From positions 10,850,001-10,914,000 of the forward strand of contig JBNRSN020000005.1 in assembly GCA_051313645.2 (NCBI GenBank): a DNA stretch of 64,000 bases, written 5' to 3'. A program made the translations under genes and the position numbers. The notes under the pieces are model-generated. The model saw only the letters and a program-made list of their open reading frames with translations. It was not told where the DNA came from and did not search any database. Below are positions 25,736 through 38,254 of the stretch, one piece after another (positions within the stretch are counted from its first letter, which is position 1; every line of letters begins with the position of its first letter). The stretch is from Centroscyllium fabricii (lineage: Eukaryota).

Positions 25736-26494
25736 TCCATCTCTCTCAATCCGACTCTCTCTCCATCTCTCTCGATCTGACTCTCTCTCCATCTCTCTCG
25801 ATCTGACACTCTCTCCATCTCTGTCAATCTGACTCTCTCTCCATCTCTCTCGATCTGACTCTCTCTCCATCTCTGTCAATCTGACTCTCTCTCCATCTCT
25901 CTCGATCTGACTCTCTCTCCATCTCTCTCGATCTGACTCTCTCTCCATCTCTCTCGATCTGACACTCTCTCCATCTCTCTCAATCTGACTCTCCATCTCT
26001 CTCAATCTGACTCTCTCTCCATCTCTCTCAATCTGACTCTCTCTCCATCTCTCTCGATCTGACTCTCTCTCCATCTCTCTCAATCTGACTCTCTCTCCAT
26101 CTCTCTCGATCTGACTCTCTCTCCATCTCTCTCAATCTGACTCTCTCTCCATCTCTCTCGATCTGACTCTCTCTCCATCTCTCTCAATCTGACTCTTTCT
26201 CCATCTCTCTCAATCTGACTCTTTCTCCATCTCTCTCGATCTGACACTCTCTCCATCTCTGTCAATCTGACTCTCTCTCCATCTCTCTCAATCTGACTCT
26301 CTCTCCATCTCTCTCAATCTGACTCTTTCTCCATCTCTCTCAATCTGACTCTCTCTCCAACTCTCTCGATCTGACTCTCTCTCTATCTCTCTCCATCTCT
26401 GTCAATCTGACTCTCCATCTCTCTCAATCTGACTCTTTCTCCATCTCTCTCAATCTGACTCTCTCTCCATCTCTCTCGATCTGACTCTCTCTCT
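25736..26494. repeat. 26-bp CT-rich minisatellite (atctctctcaatctgactctctctcc)n
   Basis: 26-nt period at 25737/25763. Confidence 0.95.
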
Positions 26495-26700
26495 ATTCAA
26501 TTCAATTCAATTCAATTCAAATAGCTTTATTGGCATGAATGGTATCAACCGTTGTTGCCAAAGCATTGCAATATACATAAAATAATACATTGGTAGACGT
26601 AATAACAACAGTACATTGGTAGACGTAATAACAACAGTACTAACAATATATATACAACCGCATCTGTAATAACATCAATAGATATATAGTTTAAATGCAG
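26495..26700 (-). mobile_element. LINE 3' tail ending catgccaataaagc...(ttgaa)n
   Basis: Same tail at 45610-45660; here it sits inside TC repeats. Confidence 0.6.
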
Positions 26701-26850
26701 TCTCTCTCCATCTCCATCTCTCTCAATCTGACTCCCCTATCTCTCCCTGTCTGACTGTTTCCCATCTCTCTCATTTTGACTGTTTCCCTATCTATCTCAG
26801 TCTCTCTCTCTCTCTCTGTTTTACATTTTTCAGTCTGATTCCGTCTCACT

Positions 26851-27808
26851 GGGGGTAATTTTCCTGGGTCCGTGAGGGTGGGTTTCCGGCAGGGCAGGGC
26901 CTAAAATCATGACCCCCCTCCCCCCGTCGGATCCCCGCCGATGTGCAATTTTCGGTGGGCCTGTTTTCCCGCTCCGAATCTTTCCTGCCTGCCACCGGAG
27001 GGGATGCTCATTTAGCTCATTGAGGGCCCTTAATTGCCATGGAAAGTCCCATTTTAAGGGCCCTCAGTTGTTTTAAAGCATTTCCCACCCATAACCCGCC
27101 ATCCTGAAACCCCGCCGGTGAAACCTAACACATTCACTTTCACCTTCAAGGCATTGAAGCACCTGTAGCAGAATGCCTTCCTGGCCTTCATCACCCTGGA
27201 GGTGAAAGTGTCTCCCTAAAATAAACATTAGCAGTAGGAAACAACTTTCACAAAATGACTTACCATATGAATTATAATGCTCCACAGGCATTCCCCTCCG
27301 GTCAGAAGCCTGGCCTCTTCAGAACTGTCAATCAACCAGCTCTTGTGGTTTCTCGTCTTTACATTTCTTTAGTGACTCACAATGAAGTGTAACTGAGTAA
27401 CCTCTTCAGAACTGGCAATCAAACAGCTCTTGTGGTTTCTAGTCTTTACATTTCTTTAGTGACTCACAATGAAGTGTAACTGAGTAACCTCTTCAGAACT
27501 GGCAATCAAACAGCTCTTGTGGTTTCTGCTGGTGACACTCCATTAGTGACTCACAATGGCTTGTGTCAACATAGAAACTAACCAAGCTCCTCAGGCTTGT
27601 CAATCAAAAGGCCACCTGTGCTGAAAAAACTGCTGCCACGCCCCAGGCTTGCTGACTGGAAATTGTGTATTGGACAGGGCTCTGACAGGCGGGGATTTAA
27701 TTGGCCACTTGAGGCAAAATTGCGTGGGGTTCCCAGGCCCCTGGGCGTGTGGGCCAGAAACCCGACCAAAACCCGCCAAATCGCCGCACCTTCGGGAAAA
27801 TCCCCACC
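26851..27808. mobile_element. Family B-related MITE, TSD ACT, with internal 87-bp triplication
   Basis: act|gggggtaattttcc ... ggaaaatccccacc|act; units start at 27314, 27401 and 27488. Confidence 0.85.
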
Positions 27809-27826
27809 ACTATCTCTCAGTCATGA

Positions 27827-28143
27827 GCGGCACGGTGGCATAGTGGTTAGCACTGTTGCCTCACAGTGCCAGGGGCCCGGGTTCAAATCCGGCCTCGGGT
27901 GACTATCTGTGTGGAGTTTGCACATTCTCCCCGTGTCTGCGTGGGTTTCCTCCGGGTGCTCCGGTTTCCTCCCACAGTCCAAAGATGTGCGGGTTAGCTT
28001 GATTGGCCAGGATAAATTGACCCTTAGTGTTAGGGGGATTATATATGTGGGGTTACGGGGATAGGGTGGGATATGTGTCGGTGCGGGCTCGATGGGCCGA
28101 AATGGCCTCTATCTGCACTGTAGGGATTCTATGATTCTATGAT
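27827..28143 (+). mobile_element. HE1/V-SINE with short tail type
   Basis: Ends gggccgaaatggcctctatctgcactgtagggattctatgattctatg. Confidence 0.9.
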
Positions 28144-28476
28144 TCAAACTTTCTCTCCCCCATTGCCCTGTCTGACTGTATTCCCCTTCTTTCTCAATCT
28201 AACTGTTTCTTTCTCTCTCTCTCTGTTTCCCATCTCTCTCAGCCTCTCTCTCTGTCTCTCACTCCCTAACTCTCTTTCAGTAACTTTCTGTTCCACCTGT
28301 CTCTGGATGGAATTACAAGACTTGCATTTTTTCCCCCCCACCAACATTTAAATCAGAACAGTACACCTAACCCTTTGGATCACTCGCTATATCGGATCAC
28401 TGATGATGCTGGTTGGAGGTGATCAAAGTTTGGGCGGGGGGTCCATCAGAAACAGGTCTTTGTGAGCTTGCATTAC

Positions 28477-29472
28477 ATAGAAACATAGAACATAGAAACT
28501 AGGAGCAGGAGTAGGTCATTCGGCCCTTCGAGCCTGCTCCGCCATCCAATGAGATCATGGCTGATCATCCAAACCCAGTATCCCGCCCCTGCCCTCTCCC
28601 CATATCCCTCGATTCCTATCGAGCCTGCATCAACACATATCCCACCCTATCCCCGTAACCCCACATATAAGATAAGATAAGATAAGATTCAATTTATTGT
28701 CATTGTAAAGTGAACATACACAAAACAACGAAATGCAAACATGCAATCTCCCAAATTATTAAATGTCCTTCGTCCCAGTCTGTTCCTTTCCATCCCACCA
28801 GGCGCTGCAGCCACGATGCCAGGGGAGTGGACAGAGCAAACCCCTGTTCCATCTCACCGAGCCCGATGGCCCCACGACTCCTCGAGCCCCACGGCCCTCC
28901 GAGGCCCACGGCCCGACGACTCCTCGAGCCCCACGGCCCGACGGCCCGACGACTACTCGAGCCCGACGGCCCGACGAGTACTCGAGCCCCACGGCCCGAC
29001 GGCCCGACGACTACTCGAGCCCCACGGCTCTCCGAGGCCCACGGCCCGACGGCCCGATGACTACTCGAGCCCCACGGCTCTCCGAGGCCCACGGCCCGAC
29101 GGCTCTTCGAGGCCCACGGCTCTCCACGGCCCGACGACTCTTCGAGACCCACGGCTCTCCGAGGCCCGACGACTCCTCGAGCCCGCTCTCAGCACCCCGG
29201 CGCTCCGACGACCGCGACGGCTTGTTCAGCACCGGTGCCCCGATTGAGGAGCACCGGTGCTCCACTCCACCTAACACTAAGGGTCAATTTATCATGGCCA
29301 ATCAACCTAACCCGCACATCTTTGGACTGTGAGAGGAAACCGGAGCACCCGGAGGAAACCCACGCAGACACGGGGAGAATGAGCAAACTCCACACAGATA
29401 GTACCCGAGGCTGGATTTGAACCCGGGTCTCCAGAGCTGTGAGGCAACAGTGCTAACCACTGTGCCACCGTG
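28477..29472 (-). mobile_element. V-SINE interrupted by a chimeric insert (28669-29268)
   Basis: SINE halves join at ccccacatat / cctaacactaagg. Confidence 0.88.
28669..29268 (-). mobile_element. Retroposed insert: GC-rich tandem repeats + unique segment + Rex/Babar-like tail with (cttat)n
   Basis: Minus strand ends gcatttcgttg...caatgacaataaattgaat(cttat)n; cccacggcccgacgactcctcgag repeats at 28860-29185. Confidence 0.65.
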
Positions 29473-29868
29473 CCACCCATTGCCCAGTTCAGTTCACCTC
29501 TCAAACCCGCGACCTCTACCACCTAGAAGGACAAGGGCAGCAGGTGTGTGGGAACACCACCACCTCCAGGTTCCCCTCCAAGTCACACACAACATCCTGA
29601 CTTGGAAATATATCGCCATACCTTCATCGTCTCTGGGTCCAAATCCTGGAACTCCCTCCCTAGCAGCACTGTGGGAGCACCTTCACCACATGGACTGCAG
29701 CGGTTCAAGAAGGCGGCTCACCACTACCCTCTCAAGGGTAACTAAGGATGGGCAATAAATGCTGGCCTCGCCAGTGACGCCCACATCCCGTGAATTAATT
29801 TTTAAAAAGTTGATATTTCTGCAACATTTTGAGAGCCGCATATGAATATTTCTTCTCTAATTTGATAG

Positions 29869-29982
29869 GACCCAGGAGGATTTGCTCTGCAGAGTTTTGT
29901 GATTGCGAGCAGTGTGGGAAACATCAGCATCAATAACCTCTCCAACCCAGTGAAGATCAGAATTAAACACAGGCAGCCTGAG
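29869..29982 (+). CDS. ADGRG6: ADGRG6 exon (DPGGFALQSFVIASSVGNISINNLSNPVKIRIKHRQPE)
   Basis: tgatag acceptor, gtaaga donor, 38 codons. GAIN beta-strand motif SxVxAxSxGNI...PVxIxIKH. Confidence 0.93.
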
Positions 29983-30321
29983 GTAAGATCAACTTGTAGC
30001 AAGTGACAGCATTCATGCCTGAGAGTTGTCAAAATTCTTTTTTGCAATGTTCGCCCCTCATCTACCGACGGCATTGACTCATAGATTCAGACAGCACAGC
30101 AGGAGGCCATTCGGCCCATCGTGCCTGTGCCGGCTCTTTGAACGAGCTCTCCAATCAGTCCCACTCCCCCCTGCCCTGCCCTTTCCCCAGAGCCCTGCAA
30201 ATTTTTCCTCTTCAATAATATATGCAATTCTCTTTTGAAAGTTGTTGTTGAATCTGCTTCCACCGCCCTCTCAGGCAGTGCGTTCCAGATCACAACAACT
30301 CGCTGCATTAAAAATAAATCC

Positions 30322-31283
30322 TAGAAACATAGAAGATCGGAGCGGGAGTAGGCCATTCGGCCCATCGAACCTGCTCCGCCATTCAATTAGATCATGGCTG
30401 ATCATCCAAATTCAGTACCCTGTTCCTGCCTTCTCCCCATATCCCTTGACCCCTTTAGCCTTAGGAAATATATCCAACTCCTTCTTGAATATATTCAATG
30501 AACTGGCCTCCACCGCCCTCTGTGGTAGAGAATTCCACAGGTTCACCACTCTCTGGGTGAAGGAATTCCTCCTCATCTCTGTCCTAAATGGATTACCCCT
30601 TATCCTTATGTAAGAAGTCACACAACACCAGGTTATAGTCCAGCAGCTTTATTAGAAATCACAAGCTTTCGGAGCGTTGCTCCTTCGTCAGGTGAAGGAC
30701 AGCGCTCCGAAAGCTTGTGATTTCTAATAAAGCTGTTGGACTATAGAAACATAGAAACTAGGAGCAGGAGTAGGCCATTCGGCCCTTCGAGCCTGCTCCG
30801 CCATTCAATGAGATCATGGCTGATCATCCAAACCCAGCACCCCGCCCCTGCCCTCTCCCCACATCCCTCGATCCCAATCGAGCCTGCACTGACACATATC
30901 CCACCCTATCCCCATACCCCACCTATTCAATCCCCCTAACACTAAGGGTCAATTTATCCTGGCCAATCAACCTAACCCGCACATCTTTGGATTGTGGGAG
31001 GAAACCGGAGCACCCGGAGGAAACCCACGCAGACACGGGGAGAATGTGCAAACTCCACACAGATAGTACCCGAGACTGGATTTGAACCCGGGTCTCCAGT
31101 GCTGTGAGACAACAATGCTAACCACTGTGACTTCTTACATTTGTCCACCCCAGTCGAAAACCGGCACCTCCACATCACTCTTATCCTTAGACTGTGACCC
31201 CTGGTTCTGGACTCCCTGGCCATCGGGAACATCCTTCCTGCATCTAGTCTGTCCAGGCCTGACAGAATTTTATAAGTTTCAAT
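30322..31283 (-). mobile_element. CR1 3' fragment hosting a Penelope-like element (30609-31178) that hosts a V-SINE (30743-31128)
   Basis: cttatcctta-like duplication on both sides of the insert; inverted repeat at 30630-30743. Confidence 0.8.
30660..30694 (-). ncRNA. Minimal type I hammerhead ribozyme motif (Penelope-like)
   Basis: CAC-CUGACGA-A-GGAGC aac GCUCC-GAAA-GCUU-GUG: core, stem II, palindromic stem III, stem I. Confidence 0.6.
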
Positions 31284-31691
31284 GTTCCTCCTCATCTTCT
31301 CCCTGGTTCTTTTGCCAATTACCTTAAATCTGTGTCCTTCTGGTTATCGACCCTACTGACAGTGGAAACTGTTTATCCTTATTCACTCTATCAAAACCCC
31401 TCATGATTTTGAACACCTCGATTAAATCTCCTCTTAAACTTCTCTGCTCAAAAGCGAACAATCCCAGCTGGGGTATGTTCCGAGGGCACTGGTTGCCTCT
31501 GATACCTCATGCAAATGGCCGCCTCTTCAGGGGGGGTCAGCATCGAGCAGCTGTTCGACCATGAGGAGCATCGTGGCCCTGCCCGATTTTTGCCCTCACC
31601 CGACTCCGCAAATGCATGTGCTTTCTAAAATAGCAACAGAAAACGCTGGGGAAACTCAGCAGGCCAGGCAGCGTCGGCGGAGAGAGAAACA

Positions 31692-31730
31692 GAGTTAACG
31701 TTTCAGGTCGAAGACCTATCGTCAGAACTC
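31692..31730 (-). ncRNA. Minimal hammerhead ribozyme motif (second Penelope-like family)
   Basis: GAGUU-CUGACGA-U-AGGUC uuc GACCU-GAAA-CGUU-AACUC. Degenerate copies at 5732-5770 and 20407-20436. Confidence 0.6.
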
Positions 31731-31805
31731 ATATACTTTCTGATTGAATCCAACTGTTCATCCCTTTTAGTAAAAGGAAGAGCTGTAAAAGCAGCCATTG
31801 ATAAC

Positions 31806-32547
31806 CGGGCAAATAGGAATAGGGAATATAGGGTCAACGGCAGGGTCCTGAGCGAAGCAGAGGAGCAAAGGGATCTGGGAGTATATGTACACAGATCATT
31901 GAAGGCTGCCACCCAGGTGGATAAGGCAGTAAAAAAGGCCTATGGTGTATTGGCCTTCATCAACAGGGGAATAGAGTTTAAGAACCGGGAGGTCATGCTA
32001 CAGCTGTTCAGGTCACTGGTGAGACCACACTTGGAGTACTGTGTGCAGTTCTGGGCACCGTACTACAGGAGGGATGTGGAGGCGTTGGAGAGGGTACAGA
32101 GGAGATTCACCAGGATGCTGCCGGGAATGGGGGGAAAGTCGTACGAGGAGAGGTTGAGGGAGCTGGGACTCTTCTCCCTGGAGCGGAGAAGGAAGAGGGG
32201 GGACTTAATAGAGATGTTTAAGATGATGAAGGGGATCGATAGAGTAAACGTGCAGAGACTGTTTCCCCGGGTGGGAAGAACGACAACAAGAGGGCACGAG
32301 CACAAGATTCAAGGAGGAAGATTCAGAAGGGATGGCAGGGGCAAGTTCTTTACGCAGAGAGTGGTCGGGGAATGGAATAGGCTACCATCTGAAATAGTGG
32401 ATGCGGACAGTCTGGGAGCTTTTAAAAGGATGATAGATAGGTACATGGAGGGGAAGGAAGAGTAGGGGGGACAGGAAAAATCAGAGACGGACTAAGCGCG
32501 GCACTACATTGAGGGCCTGTACAGTGCTGTATAATCTATGTTCTATG
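31806..32547 (+). mobile_element. CR1 3' part, near-identical to 8306-9060
   Basis: ORF 31899..32465 nearly matches the C-terminus of 8402..10636. Confidence 0.95.
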
Positions 32548-33129
32548 TATTCAGTACCAAGACCTGCCAGTTGGTGTCATTGCAGACACAAGTGAATTCT
32601 AATAGCTCACTTCCTCCACCTTCAGGATATTGGCGGTGCTGCACTGCTTCAATGATACTGCATGTCATCTTCAAAGCCTTGTGGCTGACACACTCCAACG
32701 CAGGGAGGGAGTGTTGCACTGTGGGAGACACCGTCTTTCAGATGAGATGTCTGCCCTCCATGGTAAAAGTAAAAGACCCCATGGCCACTTTTTTGAAAAA
32801 GAGCAGGAGGAGTTCTCCCCGGTATCCTGGGGCCAATATTTATCCCTCAATCAACATCACTAAAAGCAGATTATATGGCCATTTATCACTTTGCTGTTTG
32901 TGACAGCTTGTTGCGCGCAAATTGGCTGCCGCGTTTCCCTATATTACAACAGTGACTACACTTCAACTGGCCGTAAAGCGCTTTGGGACGCCTTAAAGTC
33001 CTGAAAGGTGCCGTTTTAAAATGCAAGATCTTTTTTTTCAGAATTATTTTCCAGTCTGTTGTGACTGGAATGCCCGGTCTCAGTGAGACCTCACAGTCTC
33101 GTGTTTCTCAATTCTTGTCTCTTTAACAG

Positions 33130-33175
33130 GAGCTGTTTAAGCCGATATGTGCCTTCTGGGATTTAACATTAAACA
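33130..33175 (+). CDS. ADGRG6: ADGRG6 small exon (ELFKPICAFWDLTLN)
   Basis: taacag acceptor, gtaagt donor. PICAFWD is the start of the GPS motif. Confidence 0.93.
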
Positions 33176-33571
33176 GTAAGTAAGGGATTATTTATCATTG
33201 TTTCACAAGCAATTACTGTGAGGTCAGGATCAGTCGGCCCACAGAACCACAGAAATAAACCAAAGTGGTTGATACTCCTTTATCCCACGGCCAATTTGAA
33301 CTCAACTCAGCAACTGTTAACATTAACCAGTGGGAAATACTAAATAGAAACTTAAATCCCACACAAACGGGATTGAACCTCAGCGGAGATTGGCAGCAAA
33401 GGGGAATGTAATGAGTTTCCTGTGCTTCGATATTAAAAATGTTTGGGGGGTCGGGGGGGGGGCGTGGGGGGGTGGTTTCGGGGCATTTAAATTTGGATTC
33501 GGAATTTTTTTAAACATTTGTTTAGATAAGGGATGCTGTACAATGGGACGAAACATGATAAGGCGCGGTCC

Positions 33572-34490
33572 ATAGAATCATAGAAATTTAAGGAACAGAA
33601 GGAGGCCATTCGGCTCATCGTGTCCATGCCGGTTGAAAAAGAGCTCTCCAGCCGAACCACATTTTCCAGCTCTTGGTCCGTAGCCCTGTAGGTTACGGCA
33701 CTTCAAGTGCATATAGAAACATAGAAACATAGAAACATAGAAACATAGAAGATAGGAGCAGGAGTAGGCCATTCGGCCCTTCGAGCCTGCTCCGCCATTC
33801 AATGAGATCATGGCTGATCATCCAAACCCAGTACCCTGTCCCTGTCTTGTCCCCATATCCCTCGATCCCTATCGAGCCTGCACCGACACATATCCCACCC
33901 TATCCCCGTAACCCCATATACTCAATCCCCCTAACACTAAGGGTCAATTTATCCTGGCCAATCAACCTAACCCGCACATCTTTGGACTGTGGGAGGAAAC
34001 CGGAGCACCCGGAGGAAACCCACGCAGACACGGGGAGAATGTGCAAACTCCACACAGATAGTCACCCGAGGCCGGATTTGAACCCGGGTCTCCAGTGCTG
34101 TGAGGCAACAGTGCTAACCACCGTGCCGCCCAAGTACTTTTTAAATGCGATGAGGGTTTCTGCCTCTACCACCCTTTCAGGCAGTGAGTTCCAGACTCCC
34201 ACCACCCTCTGGGTGAAAAACATTCTCCTCAACTCCCCTCTAATCCTTCGACCAATTACTGTAAATCGATGCCCCCTGGTTATTGATCTCTCTGCTAAGG
34301 GAAATAGGTCCTTCCTATCCACTCTACCTAGGCCCCTCATAATTTTATAAACCTCAATTAAATCTCCCCTCAGCCTCCTCTGTTCCAAAGAAAACAACAC
34401 CAGCCTATCCAATCTTTCCTCATAGCTAAAATTCCCCAGTCCTGGCAACATCCTCGTAAATCTCCTCTGTACCCTCTCCAGTGCATTGGC
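33572..34490 (-). mobile_element. CR1 3' fragment with nested V-SINE (33712-34130)
   Basis: ORF 34062..34496; SINE consensus in the middle. Confidence 0.88.
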
Positions 34491-34570
34491 ATTCAATCCA
34501 TTCGGAATGAGTAGGAAGGAGTTTGATCCATTCGAAGTCTGTGCATTGGGAGTGAACTATAAGTGGGGTA

Positions 34571-35319
34571 GAGGTTGAGCACCGTTGATCCGTTACCCGA
34601 AAAACCGGCAACTTCGAACGTCCGGCAATAATTATCCCCGACTGCCCCGCGCATGTGCAAAATGGCAGCCACGATTGATGCTTTGGCGAATGATCTGCGC
34701 ATGCACCACCGAACGGCGAGCGCATGCGCAGATCATTCACAATGGTCTCTCCGAGTCGATAGCGGGCCGGGCCGGGACTCTGCGATCGCGGGCTGGGCCG
34801 GGACTCTCCGATCGCGGGCTGGGCCGATACTCTGCGATCGCGGGCTGGGCCGGGACTTTCCGATCGCGGGCTGGGCTGGGACTCTCCGATCGCGGGCTGG
34901 GCCGGGACTCTCCGATCGCGGGCTGGGCCGATACTCTGCAATCGCGGGCTGGGCCGGGACTTTCCGATCGCGGGCTGGGCCGGGACTCTCCGATCGCGGG
35001 CTGGGCCGGGACTCTCCGATCGCGGGCTGGCCCGATACTCTCCGATCGCGGGCCGGGCCGGGACTCTGCGATCGCGGGCTGGGCCAGGACTTTCCGATCG
35101 CGGGCTGGGCCGGGACTTTCCGATTGCGGGCTGGGCCGGGACTCTCCGATCGCGGGCCTAGACTCCCCGAACGATAAGCGCGCGTAGACCACGCAAAATG
35201 TCTGCCGGCCATTTTGAATGGTCTGCGCATGCGCTGGCCAAAGCTTCAATCGTTGGGGATTTTCAGTTTCCCGGCACGGGCCTGGTCCCGCATGTGCCGC
35301 ATTAACGGTGCTCAACCTG
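34571..35319. mobile_element. MITE family F (TIR CAGGTTGAGCACCG) carrying a 26-bp minisatellite
   Basis: aggttgagcaccgtt ... aacggtgctcaacctg; about 15 copies of gggccgggactctccgatcgcgggct at 34765-35155. Confidence 0.88.
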
Positions 35320-35419
35320 TTTTTCATTCTGGATGTTACAGTAATGGGGGTCTACAGCTTTGAGGAATAGTCTAAACCGCACTAGTTACTGATTGGAGTT
35401 GGTGCTTGAGTCACGTCAG

Positions 35420-35817
35420 GGCGGCACGGTGGCACAGTGGTTAGCACTGTTGTCTCACAGCACTGGAGACCCGGGTTCAAATCCAGCCTCGGGTGACTAT
35501 CTGTGTGGAGTTTGCACATTCTCCCCGTGTCTGCGTGGGTTTCCTCCGGGTGCTCCGGTTTCCTCCCACAGTCCAAAGATGTGCGGGTTAGGTTGATTGG
35601 CCATGATAAATTGACCCTTAGTGTTAGGGGGCTTGAATATGTAGGGTTACGGAGATAGGGTGGGATATGTGTCGATGGAGGCTTGATATGGGGAGAGGGC
35701 AGGGGTGGGGTACTGGGTTTGGATGATCAGCCATGATCTCATTGAATGGCGGAGCAGGCTCGAAGGGCCGAATGGCCTACTCCTGCTCCTAGTTTCTATG
35801 TTTCTATGTTTCTATGT
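35420..35817 (+). mobile_element. V-SINE, composite tail
   Basis: Full-length match to the family. Confidence 0.9.
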
Positions 35818-36490
35818 CAATAACCCACTGATAACTATCTCTTGGCCTCACTAGCCTGGGCATTTCCGTCGGTAATGTCAGTGGAGCATTGTTTAATGCA
35901 TAAAGCTGACATTCCTGGGTCAAAGGCGCCATCGACCCATTCAAACTGTCTGACGGGAGAATGTCATTCAGCCCAATGAAAGGAGCAGACGCTCACACCG
36001 ACAGGAGGAATGTCCAGTCAGCCACCTTTTGGAGGTTGGCCTGGGCACTGAACCCAAGCGCTGGAGTCTGAACGAAGGAGATGGCCCGTGTAGAGTCTAC
36101 CCCCTTCAATTCACCCGCGCTGGGAGGCAGGGGCAATCCCTGAGTTAAAAGGCGTTGTCACGCTAAGGGTATCTAGAATCTATGTGGGGGTTATTTTTCA
36201 TGCTCAAACAATGTCTCACAATAATTACGGAGGAAAGGGCCATTCGGCCCATCTTAATGACCTTAAAGTCCCTCCCCTATTGCAACATCCAATTGGTTCT
36301 CAAATGATTCACCACTCTGTCTAGGAGACTAATCTGTGTGTTGGTCACTCTTTATTTGACGAGGAACTCTGTAATATCAGTTCTAAATTTGCCATTTCGA
36401 ATTCGAACCTTGTCCCCTTGACTTAAGTAAGTTAACTTAAATTTATTTGCTGGATATACATTTTCCGTACTGTTTGCAGTCTTACATATT

Positions 36491-37086
36491 GGGCCAGAAA
36501 TTCGGGTCAGAGGCTTCCCGCAAGTGCAAGCCTCCAACCCACGGCGCCTGCCGTTCTCGATTCCACCACCGTGAAATTCCGATCCGGGGCCCTGCTGAGA
36601 TCCCGGCGCGCTGTGCTGATGCATCGCAGCATCGGAGTTAGTGCGAAGCTTCCCACGGGATCACGTGGTCCGCGGGGAGCCAATCGGAGCAAAGAATGCT
36701 CCATTCATAAGTTTGACAGGAAGACCTGTCAAACTTATGAATTACTACGGTGGCACAGTGGTTAGCACTGTTGCCTCACAGCGCCAGGGGCCCGGGTTCA
36801 AATCCAGCCTCGGGTACCATCTGTGTGGAGTTTGCACATTCTCCCCGTGTCTGCGTGGGTTTCCTCCGGGTGCTCCGGTTTCCTCCCACAGTCCAAAGAT
36901 GTGCGGGTTAGGTTGATTGGCCAGGATAAATTAACCCTTAATGTTCAGGGGATTAAATATGTGGGGTTACGGGAATAGGGTGGGAATATGTGGGGTTACG
37001 GGGATAGGGTGGGATATGTGTCGGTGCAGGCTCGATGGGCCGAAATGGCCTCTATCTGCACTGTAGGGATTCTATGATTCTATGAT
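36491..37086 (+). mobile_element. Truncated MITE A (36491-36747) joined to a short-tail V-SINE (36748-37086)
   Basis: gggccagaaattcgggtc start; the SINE tail ends about 60 nt before the GPS exon acceptor. Confidence 0.85.
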
Positions 37087-37145
37087 CACTTGCGACCTCT
37101 TCATTTGGGACCATTGCCTCACTGTTTAATACTTCATTCCTGCAG

Positions 37146-37252
37146 TTGGCAGTGGTGGCTGGAACACTCGAGGTTGTCATGCTGATCCAGAGTCCAATGC
37201 AAATGAAACCATTTGCCTGTGCCATCACCTCACACACTTTGGAGTCCTGCTG
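37146..37252 (+). CDS. ADGRG6: ADGRG6 GPS exon ([28 protein letters not shown]|THFGVLL)
   Basis: ctgcag acceptor, gtaaga donor. Canonical H-L|T autoproteolysis site and Stachel start THFGVL. Confidence 0.95.
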
Positions 37253-37641
37253 GTAAGATTAATATTTTGCAAAGAGTTAGAGAGGAGCAAGATCGCTTGT
37301 GGAACACCAAAGACTGATCTGATTTACATGTGATGAGACGATGCGTGGGGTGATATACATCGATGCCAAGGAAGAACATAAGAAGTAGGAGCAGGAGTAG
37401 GTCATTTGGCCCCTCGAGCCTGCTCCGCGAGACTGGGCAATGGCAAAAGCGGAGCAGTGGGATTGCTCTAACAAAGGGCCGGCACAGACATGATGGGCTG
37501 AATGGTCTTCTGATTTATAATTCTTTGGCTTGGTCACAAGCTGAGTTGATTTTCAGTCTGACAGACTTACTGAAACTACAGCTTCTTTGCAACATGTCTG
37601 GTTGGTTTGAATGTCCATCTACTCCACCCCAAAGGGCTGTG

Positions 37642-38035
37642 GATAGAAACATAGAAACATAGAAACTAGGAGTAGGCCATTCGGCCCTTCGAGCCTGCTC
37701 CGCCATTCAATGAGATCATGGCTGATCATCCAAACCCAGTATCCCGCCCCTGCCCTCTCCCCATATCCCTATCGAGCCTACACCCACACATATCCCACCC
37801 TATCCCCGTAACCCCACATATTCAATCCCCCTAACACTAAGGGTCAATTTATCCTGGCCAATCAACCTAACCCGCACATCTCTGGACTGTGGGAGGAAAC
37901 CGGAGCACCCGGAGGAAACCCACGCAGACACGGGGAGAATGTGCAAACTCCACACAGATAGTACCCGAGGCTGGATTTGAACCCGGGTCTCCAGTGCTGT
38001 GAGGCAACAATGCTAACCACTGTGCCACCGTGCCG
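37642..38035 (-). mobile_element. V-SINE, composite tail
   Basis: Family match. Confidence 0.9.
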
Positions 38036-38254
38036 CCATGGATGCTCAGTCGTTGAGTATATTCAAGGCCGAGATCGCTAGATTTTTGGAATCTCGGGGA
38101 ATCAAGAGACATGGAGATCAGGCGGGAAAGTGGAGTTGAAGTCGAAGATCAGCCATGATCTTACTGGACCATACGGCTCGAGGGGCCGTATGGTCCACTC
38201 CTGAATTGCTTTCTGAAGCTTAACTTGAAAGCAGAAGACACTCGCCAACCACAA

